Assembly (NCBI GenBank): GCA_050287845.1
Contig: JBNKCR010000030.1
Span: 27,019-91,018, forward strand
Direction of reading: 5' to 3'
Length of the DNA: 64,000 bases
DNA from: Polyangia bacterium
GTDB taxonomy: Bacteria > Myxococcota_A > Polyangia > JAAYKL01
In this document: piece by piece, positions 9,759 through 19,643 of the stretch
Numbering within the stretch: position 1 is the stretch's first letter
Layout: the number at the start of each line of letters is the position of its first letter
Notes under the pieces: model-generated
Database searches by the model: none
What the model was told of the DNA's origin: nothing
The model's input: the letters and a program-made list of their open reading frames with translations, nothing else
Translations under genes and position numbers: made by a program

Positions 9759-10478
9759 TTATTTTATTTCATCGGGGTATTTGGGAAGTTCGCCGGCTGC
9801 CGGGTGAATCAGAAATGTCGTCGTTCCGTTTTCAAATGCTTCTTCCTCCGGGGACAATCCGTTGGCCGATGCGGACAAATCTCTTTTGTCCATTCCCGAG
9901 TCTCCCATGAATTCCAGCACATTGATAGCTCTTCGCAAAGAAAGTTCCATTACTTTGGAGTCCGCACCTTTCACTATACCTTCATTGAAAGTTGTTGTTC
10001 TCGAAAGGATTTCAATCTTGCGCTTCTCCACCTTCGAAACAATCTGCACGAGCGATGAAATCAGCTCTCTGCCCGCTTCGTTCAATTGCGGCTTCCCCTT
10101 TTCAAACAGCTGCTCGTTGGGAAACGAAAGCTGCATCACGCCGCTGACATACGTTTTATTGTACTGAATCACATTCTCCATGCTGCCTGCGGCAACCTGC
10201 TCCGGGCTGGGATCAAAGCGGACTCTCACCATTCGATCCAGTCTGGAAAAAGAGTCCTTCCACCTTGCGCGATACGCGATGGCATTCTGAAAGCGCCCCT
10301 TCAACTCCATAAATTCAAGCTGACTGCGCTGCCGGATGGCGGCCGCTTCGGCCATATCCTCCGCATTCGTGCAGGACTCCCGCAAGGTAATATCCTCCGA
10401 GGCAGTCATTGTTCCTCCGTTACCGTGCGCGCACGCCCCCACCATCACTGCGACAACCAAAATCCATAACTTCTTCAT
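9759..10478 (-). CDS. OmpA/MotB-like domain lipoprotein (divergent)
   Basis: Lipobox VGAC; LF..G...L, ELSLRRA.NV..F, LSA.ANG; AGGAGG RBS. Confidence 0.65.
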   Translation of the reverse strand: MKKLWILVVAVMVGACAHGNGGTMTASEDITLRESCTNAEDMAEAAAIRQRSQLEFMELKGRFQNAIAYRARWKDSFSRLDRMVRVRFDPSPEQVAAGSMENVIQYNKTYVSGVMQLSFPNEQLFEKGKPQLNEAGRELISSLVQIVSKVEKRKIEILSRTTTFNEGIVKGADSKVMELSLRRAINVLEFMGDSGMDKRDLSASANGLSPEEEAFENGTTTFLIHPAAGELPKYPDEIK

Positions 10479-10918
10479 ATCTTTCCTCCTGGTCCCCGGA
10501 AGCCATTGTTCCGTTCAACTTTTTTCAATATCTTGCCCGTCCCCCGCATCCGATCTTATCAGTATGCGAATATTTTTGAAACGCCTATTAAAAATTCAAG
10601 TGCGATATTCTGGAAGACACATTTTATTTCAGAATGCCACATCATCGCCCATGTCTCTTCCGCCTTCCCCTTCCAATCTGACAACCGCAGCTCCCCCCTT
10701 ATAAAACCAGTGCCTCAACGATGAATGAACGTTCAGAAAAATGAACCGACAAATGGTCAGCGTCACCTTTTACCAATAGCCGCAACGTGAAATATTCATA
10801 AAAATCATATCACCGTCCTCCAGACGCGCAACCTTCAGCCCCAATGGCGCTGTTGCCAACCCACTGTTACGCTTCTTTGGTGTTGCCCGAACCGTTCTTC
10901 GCTGCTATTCAGTTTCAC

Positions 10919-11734
10919 ATGCCCGAACTGCCCGAAGTGGAAACCATACGCAGGCAACTTCTCCCGGAACTGCCGCTGCAAATCACAGCATGCCGCTATT
11001 CCGACAAAATATCCGGCATTCTGAAAACCCGGATGTTTTCACCCCGGAATAAAACAATTCAACAAATCTCCAGAAAAGGAAAACTGCTCGATTTCATTCT
11101 GTCAGACGGCACCCATATCATTTCAGGATTGGGCATGAGTGGTGGATGGCGCATTTCGTCAACGTTCATCCGCGAAAAACACACCCATATTCAGTTCACC
11201 TGCCGCAACCCCGGTGGTCGAATTTATCTGGCCTATGTGGATCCCAGACGCTTTGGAAAATGTCATTTCATCGATGAAGCCGGCGCCAGCGATATATTGA
11301 ACCGTCTGGGTGCGGATGTCAGTTCCCCGGCGTTCACATCGGCGTACGTGGCAGCGGTCTGTCAGAAACATTCCACAAGGGAAATCAAGCCGTTGCTGCT
11401 GGATCAATCGTGTTTCGCCGGCGTGGGCAACTATATCGCCTGTGAGGTTCTGGCCCATGCCCGCATCCATCCCACCCGCTTTGCCGGTTCTCTCAACAGT
11501 CATGAACATCGCAAAATGGTTTCGGCCATGAAGCTCGTTCTTTTGGGCAGCCTCCGGAAGCGCGGTCTCACCTTCAGCGGCGGATACAGCGATGCGTATG
11601 GAAACGATGGAAATGCCCTGAACAACCTGGTGGTATTTCATCAGCGCGTCTGCGGCCTCTGTGAGCAGACTGAAGTGGTCAGAATGACCATTCAGGGCAG
11701 AGGCACCTATTTCTGCCCCCGCTGCCAGACCTGA
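10919..11734 (+). CDS. mutM: Formamidopyrimidine-DNA glycosylase
   Basis: N-terminal MPELPEVE; RKGK, LGMSG, DPRRFG, LLDQ..AGVGN motifs; C-terminal CxxC...RGTYFCPRCQ zinc finger. Confidence 0.93.
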   Translation: MPELPEVETIRRQLLPELPLQITACRYSDKISGILKTRMFSPRNKTIQQISRKGKLLDFILSDGTHIISGLGMSGGWRISSTFIREKHTHIQFTCRNPGGRIYLAYVDPRRFGKCHFIDEAGASDILNRLGADVSSPAFTSAYVAAVCQKHSTREIKPLLLDQSCFAGVGNYIACEVLAHARIHPTRFAGSLNSHEHRKMVSAMKLVLLGSLRKRGLTFSGGYSDAYGNDGNALNNLVVFHQRVCGLCEQTEVVRMTIQGRGTYFCPRCQT

Positions 11735-11779
11735 CCGCCGGCAATGTTCCTGTGCGATTGCCTGCGCGATTGAATAAAA

Positions 11780-12403
11780 TCAGAGATACGGCGCCAACGC
11801 GCTGAGAACCGCTTCGGTGGTGTCAACCAGTACCGCCGCCATTCCCGCCTCAAGGGCGCCATCAATGTTTTCTTTGCGATCATCCAGAAAGAGAATGTGC
11901 TCGGGCAACAGATGCAGACGGTTGGCCAGCAGCAGATAAATCTGTTTGCCCGGCTTCGCATCACCCACCTCACAGGACAGCACCTGAGCGTCAAACAGGG
12001 CGTCCATGCGACGCTCGTAAAAAAAGGCCGCGGCTTCCGGCTCGGTGTTCGAAAGAAAACCGGTTCTGTATCCATTGCTGCGGAGGGTCGAAATGGCATC
12101 CATCACTTCCGGCCGAAATTGAAACACCGCCCGCAACGCCTCGGACCAGAGCGATGCCTGCGGAATCACCGCGTGGGATTGACCGCATACATCGCAGACC
12201 TTCTGCCACAACGCGCGCTCCGGAATCCGTCCGGTCTGATATTGGGGCAGAATCTTCCGGATGGCCCTGCTGCCCGCCTCCACCGATACTCCCAGCCGTC
12301 TGGAACAGTATCGCTGCAATTCGGTGCTGGGCTCCTCGATGATCACCCCACCCCAGTCAAAAGCGATTCCGCGGATGCGCTGCATCTCTGACCGCTCCAT
12401 CAC
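11780..12403 (-). CDS. HAD-superfamily phosphatase
   Basis: FDWGGV, LSNT, KP..IY and FLDD..EN..GA...GM motifs. Confidence 0.88.
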   Translation of the reverse strand: MMERSEMQRIRGIAFDWGGVIIEEPSTELQRYCSRRLGVSVEAGSRAIRKILPQYQTGRIPERALWQKVCDVCGQSHAVIPQASLWSEALRAVFQFRPEVMDAISTLRSNGYRTGFLSNTEPEAAAFFYERRMDALFDAQVLSCEVGDAKPGKQIYLLLANRLHLLPEHILFLDDRKENIDGALEAGMAAVLVDTTEAVLSALAPYL

Positions 12404-12409
12404 ACCCGC

Positions 12410-13048
12410 TTACAGCCAGGGCCACGGACAGACCATCGCCGCCGCCGCCGACTCCGGCGTTGCATGATCGGCGTCGGGAAGACAATACTTTCCGGTGAAA
12501 ACGGTTTCCATGTAGTAGAGTCCTTCATGACAGATGTAATGGTCTTCCGTCCGGCAATCCGCATCGGTTTCACACCGTTCCAGACAAACCAGATAGGCAT
12601 CATACACCCCGACGCAATCAATCCCCTGACCGCAAATTCCCTCGCCGGCCTCATTGCAGCACGCCGTGCAGTATCCCCCCGGACAATTGACAATTCCCAT
12701 CACGTCCTGCAGACAGCGCTTTTCGGTGGCAGGATAGCCCCCGCATTCCGAAACGTCCGCGCAACCGGCCCCGAATCCTCCCCATCCCGCCCCAAGCAGC
12801 GAATTCCGCGAATCTGTCGCGGTATCGCCGGACGAGTCTCCCGGAGTATCCCCGGTATCCCCGTCGTCCGACGCGGTACCGGCAGAATCTCCTGTGGCAG
12901 TTGACATCTCCCCCGTGTTGTCGTCCCCGTTCACATCGAGTTCGTGTGAGGGTTGCTCCCAACAGCCCACGCATCCAGCCACAATGATCAGAATTCCCGG
13001 CGCCAGAAACAATGTTCGCAATTTGAATGCTCCCTTCAGAAAAAACAT
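12410..13048 (-). CDS. Cys-rich putative lipoprotein
   Basis: Hydrophobic N-terminus ending in Cys, D/T/G-rich linker, multi-Cys domain (CPGGYCT..C, C...C..DADCR). Start codon uncertain. Confidence 0.6.
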   Translation of the reverse strand: MFFLKGAFKLRTLFLAPGILIIVAGCVGCWEQPSHELDVNGDDNTGEMSTATGDSAGTASDDGDTGDTPGDSSGDTATDSRNSLLGAGWGGFGAGCADVSECGGYPATEKRCLQDVMGIVNCPGGYCTACCNEAGEGICGQGIDCVGVYDAYLVCLERCETDADCRTEDHYICHEGLYYMETVFTGKYCLPDADHATPESAAAAMVCPWPWL

Positions 13049-13055
13049 TTCCGCA

Positions 13056-15974
13056 TCAGAACGAACCGCCAACGACCATGATAAACTCATTGCCACCCTG
13101 CTCCATAAATCCATGGGCATACCCGGTTCTCAGGATCACGGGCATGTGGTAGCCGATAAAAAACGACCATACCAGCTCCATCCCCGCAGCTGAATAATAG
13201 TCGTCCCTGTGGAACTGCGAATAGGAAATCAGCAGATTGTCCATGAATACGCCGGCATACACCCGGCTGAAAAAGAATGGCAACGTCTGATACGCCAACT
13301 GAGCCTGCCACAGCGGAAACCGGTACTCCAGCCTGAGGGTCTGAAAATGGTCCCCGGAAGTGAAGTTGGTCCGATACCCCCGAATCATCGGCAGACCAAC
13401 GGAACGTTCGTTCATGACGGCGTCCAGTATTTCCTGGTTCGAGTAGCCACCGGCGCCGATGCTGGACTGATGGTTCGGATTCGAAATGTGCGCCTGCCCC
13501 TCCATTTCCAGCGCCAGCACGTGGTGCAGCGCCCAGGGGGCCTGCCGATATTCCCGCCATGCCCAGTAAAACGACGTCTGCTCCCGGTTGCCGCCAAAAA
13601 GGGGATTGTACAGCGTCACCCCCAGGTACATCGACCGGCCGTCCTCCCGGGAAATGGAATAGGGACCACTGAACAGATTCGAGTAGCTCCACCCGAACCG
13701 AATCCCGGTCCGGAAATACTGCGTGGGCATTTGCGGCAGGTCGCCGTTGGGGTCAACCGTCACGGTCAGGTCTTCTCTGGGCGCCGAATGATTGATGCTG
13801 TACCCCACCGACAACTGATGATTATCATCCAGCGCCATCAGGGGAATGCTCAGACCAATCTCAGAAGACCAGCTGACCCGGGTCCAGGTCGCCGGCATGC
13901 CTTCCACCAGATATCCGGAATCGACCTTCCGGGCCGAATAGGCGAAGCTCATCTGAAACCTGGGCAGCAGGCCGCTGTAGCCGTATGCGGCACTGAACGT
14001 GGGCTGCTGGGCAGTGAACTCGTAGCTGTAATTCAACAGCATGGAGTGCAGTCTCGCGGCATCCTCAATCACGGTGGAAATATCGAGGGTTCTCTCGCCC
14101 CCCGTATTCTGTGATTTGATTTCCCAGCTGTACGGGCGAAACGTGGGCAGCGGATTGTACGCATCCTTTTTGAAAGTTGTCGGAGTGAGTTCCCGGGCAT
14201 GCACATGGGTTTCGGATGGGGGCTCAAAGAAAGGAAGGCTGTCGATGTCCACGGAGGTCCGATGCAGGTCCCATCCCTCGGAATAAAAATTCAGAAAATA
14301 AAGGGTCCTGCCATCATCGCTGAGTGCCGGGAGATTGGCGCCGGATACCACATTGGTCAGCTGTTTCAGTGCACCGGACTGCATCTCGCGGGCAAATATA
14401 TTCTGAATCCCCGTCACCCCCGATGAAAACAGCAGATACCGCCCGTCCGCGGAAAAGCGCAGTCCCTGTTCAATGGCGTCGTCGCGGGTCGCGAAATACG
14501 CGTTTCGCGTTTCCATATCCATCAGCGCCACATCCACCCGGCCTTTCTGGCGCCACACAAACGCCAGCGTTTTTCCGTCCGGAGAAAACGTCGGAGAATA
14601 GCTGTGCCAGTCGTCGTTTACCGGCAACAGCAGTTCCCGCTTTCCGGTCCCCACGTCCATCAGCTCCAGCCGCGAAATCCCCGCCGCATTGGTCACCATG
14701 GCCACAAATCGACCGTCCGGCGTCACGGCCGCTTCCTTCACCCGTACACCAGTGGTCAACCGGCGAGGCGCCCTGGCGCCATTGGGCAACACAAAAACAT
14801 CGCGATATGAATATTCGTCCTTGAATGGCGCAGAGCGAACGTAATACATATTGCCACCGTTATCGATGGAAACCGATGCATCAGACGATGCGAACACCAG
14901 GTCTCTGCGACTCTCAGCCTTGCCTACCGAGTCCAGGGGCCACGCGGCCACAGCGGACCGGGTGAGGCCATCGCCCAAAGGTACCAGCAATCGCCCGGTT
15001 CCCCCATCGAACACCGGGTGTCCCTTACTCTCCCCCGTAAAGGTCAACCGCTCAGACACCGTTTCACCTTCGTTTCGGATCTGTTGCTGAACGGCAACGG
15101 CCTCCGCGTGGGTCTGTTCGGTGAAGTCCTGATACAACTCCGCCAGGGAATTCCCGGTAACCTCCAGAAAAATCCGGTTCAGCCCATAGGGAATCGGTTT
15201 GGAAGCGTAGGCGTGGCAAATTTCGAAAATCTTCTCCTCGCCGACGCGATCCCGCAGATAACGCAGGAACATGCTGCCATAAATGTAGTCGGCATTCCCC
15301 CGGGGATACTCCAGGGTGTTGTTGGAGACGCCCGCCAAATCCAGAAACTTTCCCTCCAGGGAATGGGTGCGCATCACCATGCGATAATAGGGCGAACGAA
15401 TCCGGCCGCGGGTCGTTCGATAGGTTTCCATCATGACCGCCAACCCTTCGATGAACCAGGTGGGCTGCATGGAGTTGGGCAAGTACAGATCGCCGAATAC
15501 CGTGTTGTAAACACGCGCCACCCCGTACTGCATCTGGATATGCGCTTCGTGGGTGAACTCGTGGAGTATCAGCGAAAACAGCCAGTCGTCATTTTCCTGA
15601 AGCGCCGACCCTATATCGGGTGGTGTCGCATACAGCTGAATAAACGGATATCGATATGGTGCCGCCAGTCCATTGGCATAATCGGTGGAATCCACAATAC
15701 GGACCTCCACCTTCCCCTCCACCTTCCAGCCGATGGACGATGTCACCAGCGTGTACGCATTTTCCGCCGCCACCGCAGCTCGCTCCGCCAGTTTCTGTAA
15801 CGCCTTGTCATAATGAATATTGAAGTGATCTGTTTTTAACGTATGATACGCAATATCGGGATCTCCGCAATTTGCGGTTGCCGACACAAGCAGAATACTG
15901 ATGAAAATCGCACCAGAGAGCAGAAAAAATTGGATGGCCGACCCTTTTTTAATTGAATTTGTATTCTTTTTCAT
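13056..15974 (-). CDS. Omp85/BamA-superfamily protein with an N-terminal zinc peptidase and a TolB-like (PD40) beta-propeller
   Basis: T.HF.I.Y, HEFTH and WFIEGLA; SPTFSPDG/FSADG repeats; IRGY loop motif, LEYRFPL, terminal Phe. Confidence 0.75.
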   Translation of the reverse strand: MKKNTNSIKKGSAIQFFLLSGAIFISILLVSATANCGDPDIAYHTLKTDHFNIHYDKALQKLAERAAVAAENAYTLVTSSIGWKVEGKVEVRIVDSTDYANGLAAPYRYPFIQLYATPPDIGSALQENDDWLFSLILHEFTHEAHIQMQYGVARVYNTVFGDLYLPNSMQPTWFIEGLAVMMETYRTTRGRIRSPYYRMVMRTHSLEGKFLDLAGVSNNTLEYPRGNADYIYGSMFLRYLRDRVGEEKIFEICHAYASKPIPYGLNRIFLEVTGNSLAELYQDFTEQTHAEAVAVQQQIRNEGETVSERLTFTGESKGHPVFDGGTGRLLVPLGDGLTRSAVAAWPLDSVGKAESRRDLVFASSDASVSIDNGGNMYYVRSAPFKDEYSYRDVFVLPNGARAPRRLTTGVRVKEAAVTPDGRFVAMVTNAAGISRLELMDVGTGKRELLLPVNDDWHSYSPTFSPDGKTLAFVWRQKGRVDVALMDMETRNAYFATRDDAIEQGLRFSADGRYLLFSSGVTGIQNIFAREMQSGALKQLTNVVSGANLPALSDDGRTLYFLNFYSEGWDLHRTSVDIDSLPFFEPPSETHVHARELTPTTFKKDAYNPLPTFRPYSWEIKSQNTGGERTLDISTVIEDAARLHSMLLNYSYEFTAQQPTFSAAYGYSGLLPRFQMSFAYSARKVDSGYLVEGMPATWTRVSWSSEIGLSIPLMALDDNHQLSVGYSINHSAPREDLTVTVDPNGDLPQMPTQYFRTGIRFGWSYSNLFSGPYSISREDGRSMYLGVTLYNPLFGGNREQTSFYWAWREYRQAPWALHHVLALEMEGQAHISNPNHQSSIGAGGYSNQEILDAVMNERSVGLPMIRGYRTNFTSGDHFQTLRLEYRFPLWQAQLAYQTLPFFFSRVYAGVFMDNLLISYSQFHRDDYYSAAGMELVWSFFIGYHMPVILRTGYAHGFMEQGGNEFIMVVGGSF

Positions 15975-16046
15975 AAGTTCCGATATAGATTAACCTTCGA
16001 TGAGACAACCGTCAATTTGTGCGGTTTCGGGAGAGAATTTTTAACA

Positions 16047-16832
16047 ATGCACTGCGCACCGACAGCGAACCAGCAAGAACTCAGAGCCCTGATAAGCGAC
16101 GCGATCACCTATCGGGATGGTGTTCCCGTGATTCTGAATTCCGAAACTCTTGAGCGGAACATCATGATGCAACTGGCATGCAATTGCCTGCATGCCAATG
16201 ACGATGTTCTGAAGGCGTCGCAAAAACTGGTCTGGCAAATCTGCCAATCCCTGGGAACCCCCTACACCGCCTGCGATCCGCTGGTATCCTGTCTGAAGCG
16301 GGATGGCATTTCAGAAATGATTGTTCCCATTGTCGACGCCAACTGGATTCCCTTCGAGCTGCTATGCACCATTCTCGCCGCCGGCAAGGAGATGGAAGTC
16401 GGTCCGCTCATCTTTGCGGTGGACAAGTCAGACCCGGATTACCGCGCCTTCATCTGCCAGGTTCTCTGTGCCGCTGTAAAGGAAAACTGGCAGGCCCCCG
16501 TGCTGTTCTATGATGGCGCCAACACTCTGCCTATCGAAACCGTGAATCTCGACTGGAAAAAAATGCTGTACTTCAACAGCTATGAACTGCCCCATGCCCC
16601 CCTCGAATCACTGATGGGCAAAATGCTCCGCGCCAGATTTGAAGATCTTTCACCGGACGATTGGAAACGATTGGCCAAAATTCCCCCCGAACACTGGTCC
16701 GAATTGAGAAATGAAATATATTTAGTCTACTGCGATTTGTTCGAAGAACTGGACATGAACGAAACTTTTCCAGTACTTAAACGATACGTTATTCCGGAAT
16801 GGATAAAAGACGACATATTTGAGACAATCTGA
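16047..16832 (+). CDS. Degenerate paralog of the deltaproteobacterial-type class II fructose-bisphosphate aldolase
   Basis: LVW.I.Q.LG, VP, G.LIF, AAVKE.W.AP.LF and C-terminal LFEEL....LKRY resemble that family, but the metal-binding DH is absent and the protein is only about 260 aa. Confidence 0.5.
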   Translation: MHCAPTANQQELRALISDAITYRDGVPVILNSETLERNIMMQLACNCLHANDDVLKASQKLVWQICQSLGTPYTACDPLVSCLKRDGISEMIVPIVDANWIPFELLCTILAAGKEMEVGPLIFAVDKSDPDYRAFICQVLCAAVKENWQAPVLFYDGANTLPIETVNLDWKKMLYFNSYELPHAPLESLMGKMLRARFEDLSPDDWKRLAKIPPEHWSELRNEIYLVYCDLFEELDMNETFPVLKRYVIPEWIKDDIFETI

Positions 16833-16912
16833 TTATCCCGGAAAACTGAAACACCCGATGATGCAACCGACCGAATCATGGAGAACCTCGAAAACTGAAA
16901 CGGAAAAGCACA

Positions 16913-17272
16913 ATGAGTACCAATGAGGCTGTTTTACTGATTGTCGACGACGAAGCATCTGTTTGCCGCGCGCTCAGTCGTATTCTGAAAACAAAAGCAT
17001 CTGAAATCATCACGGTCCAGAATCTGTCCGACGCCGAACTGGTGCTGGATACCCGGGATGTTACCCATATCCTCTGTGACCATCTTCTTGGCCCGGGACA
17101 ACCCAGAGGGCTGGATACCGCCATTCACTGGAAGGCAGAGTACCCGACCATCGACAAAATCATTATCCTGACCGGCACGGATGCTGCATTTAACGCGACC
17201 CCGGACGGCATCGATTATGTGCTGCCCAAAACCACCGATCCCCTCCATCTGGCGGAGTTTCTGCAGCTGTAA
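16913..17272 (+). CDS. Stand-alone response regulator receiver protein
   Basis: LIVDDE, ILCD (phospho-Asp), ILTG and LPK motifs; 119 aa. Confidence 0.85.
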   Translation: MSTNEAVLLIVDDEASVCRALSRILKTKASEIITVQNLSDAELVLDTRDVTHILCDHLLGPGQPRGLDTAIHWKAEYPTIDKIIILTGTDAAFNATPDGIDYVLPKTTDPLHLAEFLQL

Positions 17273-17372
17273 ACAGAATCCGTATTCAACGATGCAGGAA
17301 AAAGGCGGCCGATGCGCGGATTATAAACGCTGACGTTGCAAAAGCGGTGTCAATCATAGGCTTTTTTAAGCA

Positions 17373-17882
17373 TCAGCGTAAAATCGGTATGACCTGCTCC
17401 GGGTCAATGGGAACGGCCACGGCTCGGCCGAGAAATGACACCTCCACCACCAGATGTTTCCCCTGACCGTCGGCTTCGCACAGAATCCCCACCGCGTTGC
17501 GGAACGGGCCATCTGCCACGCGTACACGTTGCCCGGCCTTCACCAGCGGATGCGGCCGGACACCGCCTGACGCCACGCCGGTCAGAATCCTCAGGCTATC
17601 AATCACATCGTCATCCACCGGCGCCGGACTACCCGAAAAGCTCACAAAGCCGCATACACCGGGCGATTTGAGCACCACCGACTTCTGCTGTCCGGAAATC
17701 TCCACCCGCACGAAGATATATCCGGGAAACAACGGCCGATTCAACAATATGGATTTATCTTTTCGGGCAGACATGGTGCGATACGTTGGTAAAAAGTGCA
17801 CAACACCATTTCCCTGCATATATTTCTGTGCCAGATATTCCCGATTGGATTGAAGGCTGACTGCATACCAACGAATTGGCAT
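17373..17882 (-). CDS. NusG paralog, RfaH/UpxY-type transcription antiterminator
   Basis: WYAV..., PLFPGYIFV, PGV.GFV.F.G.PA.V and KOW domain G..VRV.DGPF; start re-placed at MPIRWY. Confidence 0.88.
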   Translation of the reverse strand: MPIRWYAVSLQSNREYLAQKYMQGNGVVHFLPTYRTMSARKDKSILLNRPLFPGYIFVRVEISGQQKSVVLKSPGVCGFVSFSGSPAPVDDDVIDSLRILTGVASGGVRPHPLVKAGQRVRVADGPFRNAVGILCEADGQGKHLVVEVSFLGRAVAVPIDPEQVIPILR

Positions 17883-17906
17883 ACGAAATCCCCTTTCGGA
17901 GGAAGT

Positions 17907-17990
17907 TGCGCGGAGGGGGACTCGAACCCCCATGAAGTCTCCTTCACCAGGCCCTCAACCTGGCGCGTCTACCAGTTCCGCCATCCGCGC
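17907..17990 (-). tRNA. tRNA-Leu(GAG)
   Basis: GCGCGGATGGCGGAACTGGTAGACGCG-CCAGG-TTGAGGG-CCTGG, long variable arm, GGGGGTTCGAGTCCCC-TCCGCGC-A; CCA is not encoded. Confidence 0.95.
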
Positions 17991-18035
17991 TGCATATAAA
18001 AGAACACCGGGCATACGCCCGAAAAATGTTGGGTC

Positions 18036-18064
18036 TTTATGTCCTCAACCGCTTTCCATGTCAA
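18036..18064 (-). promoter_or_regulatory. Sigma70-type promoter for tRNA-Leu and possibly the RfaH-like gene
   Basis: TTGACA-17 nt-CATAAA on the minus strand, about 45 nt upstream of the tRNA. Confidence 0.55.
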
Positions 18065-18115
18065 GATTTTTCCGCAGGAAAATTCACCGGTTCATGCCAG
18101 TTGACTCGCAGGGAT

Positions 18116-18275
18116 TCAGTTTTGCCACTTCTGCAGCATCTCCTTCAAACCACTGGAAGAAATGGGGTTCGCCAGATAGTCGTCCATCCCCGCTTCCAGA
18201 CATTTTTCCCGGTCTCCTTTCAATGCATTGGCCGTCAATGCCACAATGGAAATGGCAGTGTTGAGCGTCCGAATG
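18116..18275 (-). pseudogene. Remnant C-terminal half of a hybrid-kinase receiver domain
   Basis: [28 protein letters not shown]: the conserved Lys is replaced by Asn, and the N-terminal half with the phospho-Asp is absent. Confidence 0.7.
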
Positions 18276-18457
18276 CCAGAAAATAGACCGCCATTGACAT
18301 TCGAATTTTCGAAATAATTTTCTATGTAGCCCGTTTGCCGGATATAACCGCACGGCGAACGGCGGAAAGCATAACAGACGACACTCTCAGATCGGATTCT
18401 GACTGGTTCTGAAAAGCCGTTAAATAAGCAGTAAATGCACAGTGAGGAAAATCTCCC

Positions 18458-19642
18458 ATGATCATATTCGCACTCATGTTCACCGCAGTGACAGGCAGTA
18501 TTCATTTTTACCTGTGGAAAAGACTGATTTTTGACACGCGTCCGGGCCGTCGCGTAAAAATCGTTGGCACTGTGCTGATCGTCGCGCTGGCACTGTCTAT
18601 CCCCGGAACCATGATTTTTTCCCGTTCCGTTTCCCCCGACGTCACCGCAACCATTGCCACAATTCCACTTTTATGGCTTGGCACCGTCCTCTTTCTCATG
18701 GTGTCGCTGATTCTGTTCGACTGCTATTTCCTCATCCGCTTCCTTACCCGGAAAATCGCACAGATGCGCCCGTCGAATGACGACAGGGTCACAGACCCGT
18801 CAAAAAGAGATTCGCTGCGCAAATTTACAGCCGTTGGCACCCTCGGCCTTTCCGGCACACTCACTACCGCGTCCCATCTTGCAGTGCTGCACAAACCCAC
18901 CGTCATCCACCAGGAATTTACTCTGTCCAGGCTACCACCGGATTTGAACGGATTGAAAATTGCGCAGCTATCCGACATTCACATCGGTCTCACCCTGGAC
19001 AGCGCATACCTGTCGCAGGTTGTGCAGCAAACCAATGCACTCGCTCCCGATGTCATCGTTATCACCGGAGACCTCATCGATGGATATGTCAGTAAAATGA
19101 AAGAAGACATTCTTCCAGTCACCCAACTGAAGGCGCCCATGGGCGTCTATTTTGTGACCGGCAATCACGAGTACTACTTTAATGCCCATGAGTGGGTGGA
19201 CGCGCTGAAAAAAATGGGCATCGTGGTTCTCAGCAATCAATCCGTCCTCCTGGGCTCCGGCAAACTTCCGCTGATGCTCGCAGGTGTCAACGACTTCGAG
19301 GCGCATCGTTTCCCGCAGAGCGAACCGTTGAATCTGACCCGCGCGCTAAAAGGACGTCACCAGAACCAGGAAGTCATTCTGCTGAGTCACCAACCCAGAA
19401 TTATTCAGGAGGCCGCCAACGCAGATGTTGGACTGGTACTGAGTGGACACACCCACGGCGGACAAATCTGGCCGTTCAATTATCTGGTAAAACTGCAGCA
19501 GCCGTACATAAAGGGAAGAGTCAGATATACCCATCGGACGCATCTGTATATTAACCAGGGAACCGGATATTGGGGACCACCCATGCGGCTTGGTACGGTC
19601 AGTGAAATCACATTAATCACTCTGCACAACAAGGAATTCTGA
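18458..19642 (+). CDS. Membrane-bound metallophosphoesterase (YkuE/YaeI-like)
   Basis: N-terminal TM helices; [26 protein letters not shown] and GTG.WGPPMR motifs. Confidence 0.92.
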   Translation: MIIFALMFTAVTGSIHFYLWKRLIFDTRPGRRVKIVGTVLIVALALSIPGTMIFSRSVSPDVTATIATIPLLWLGTVLFLMVSLILFDCYFLIRFLTRKIAQMRPSNDDRVTDPSKRDSLRKFTAVGTLGLSGTLTTASHLAVLHKPTVIHQEFTLSRLPPDLNGLKIAQLSDIHIGLTLDSAYLSQVVQQTNALAPDVIVITGDLIDGYVSKMKEDILPVTQLKAPMGVYFVTGNHEYYFNAHEWVDALKKMGIVVLSNQSVLLGSGKLPLMLAGVNDFEAHRFPQSEPLNLTRALKGRHQNQEVILLSHQPRIIQEAANADVGLVLSGHTHGGQIWPFNYLVKLQQPYIKGRVRYTHRTHLYINQGTGYWGPPMRLGTVSEITLITLHNKEF

Positions 19643-19643
19643 A

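Noticed and set aside
10721..10737. ATGAATGAACGTTCAG as a possible LexA box upstream of mutM
   Set aside because: Only a partial match to known boxes, about 180 nt from the start codon, and a single instance.
13209..14114. Long antisense ORFs (also 21671..22645, 38234..39124, 51364..52227, 54114..55013)
   Set aside because: Shadow frames of well-supported genes in GC-rich sequence, with no recognisable motifs.
17907..17990. tRNA as a genomic island integration site
   Set aside because: No integrase and no duplicated tRNA 3' end were seen in the window.
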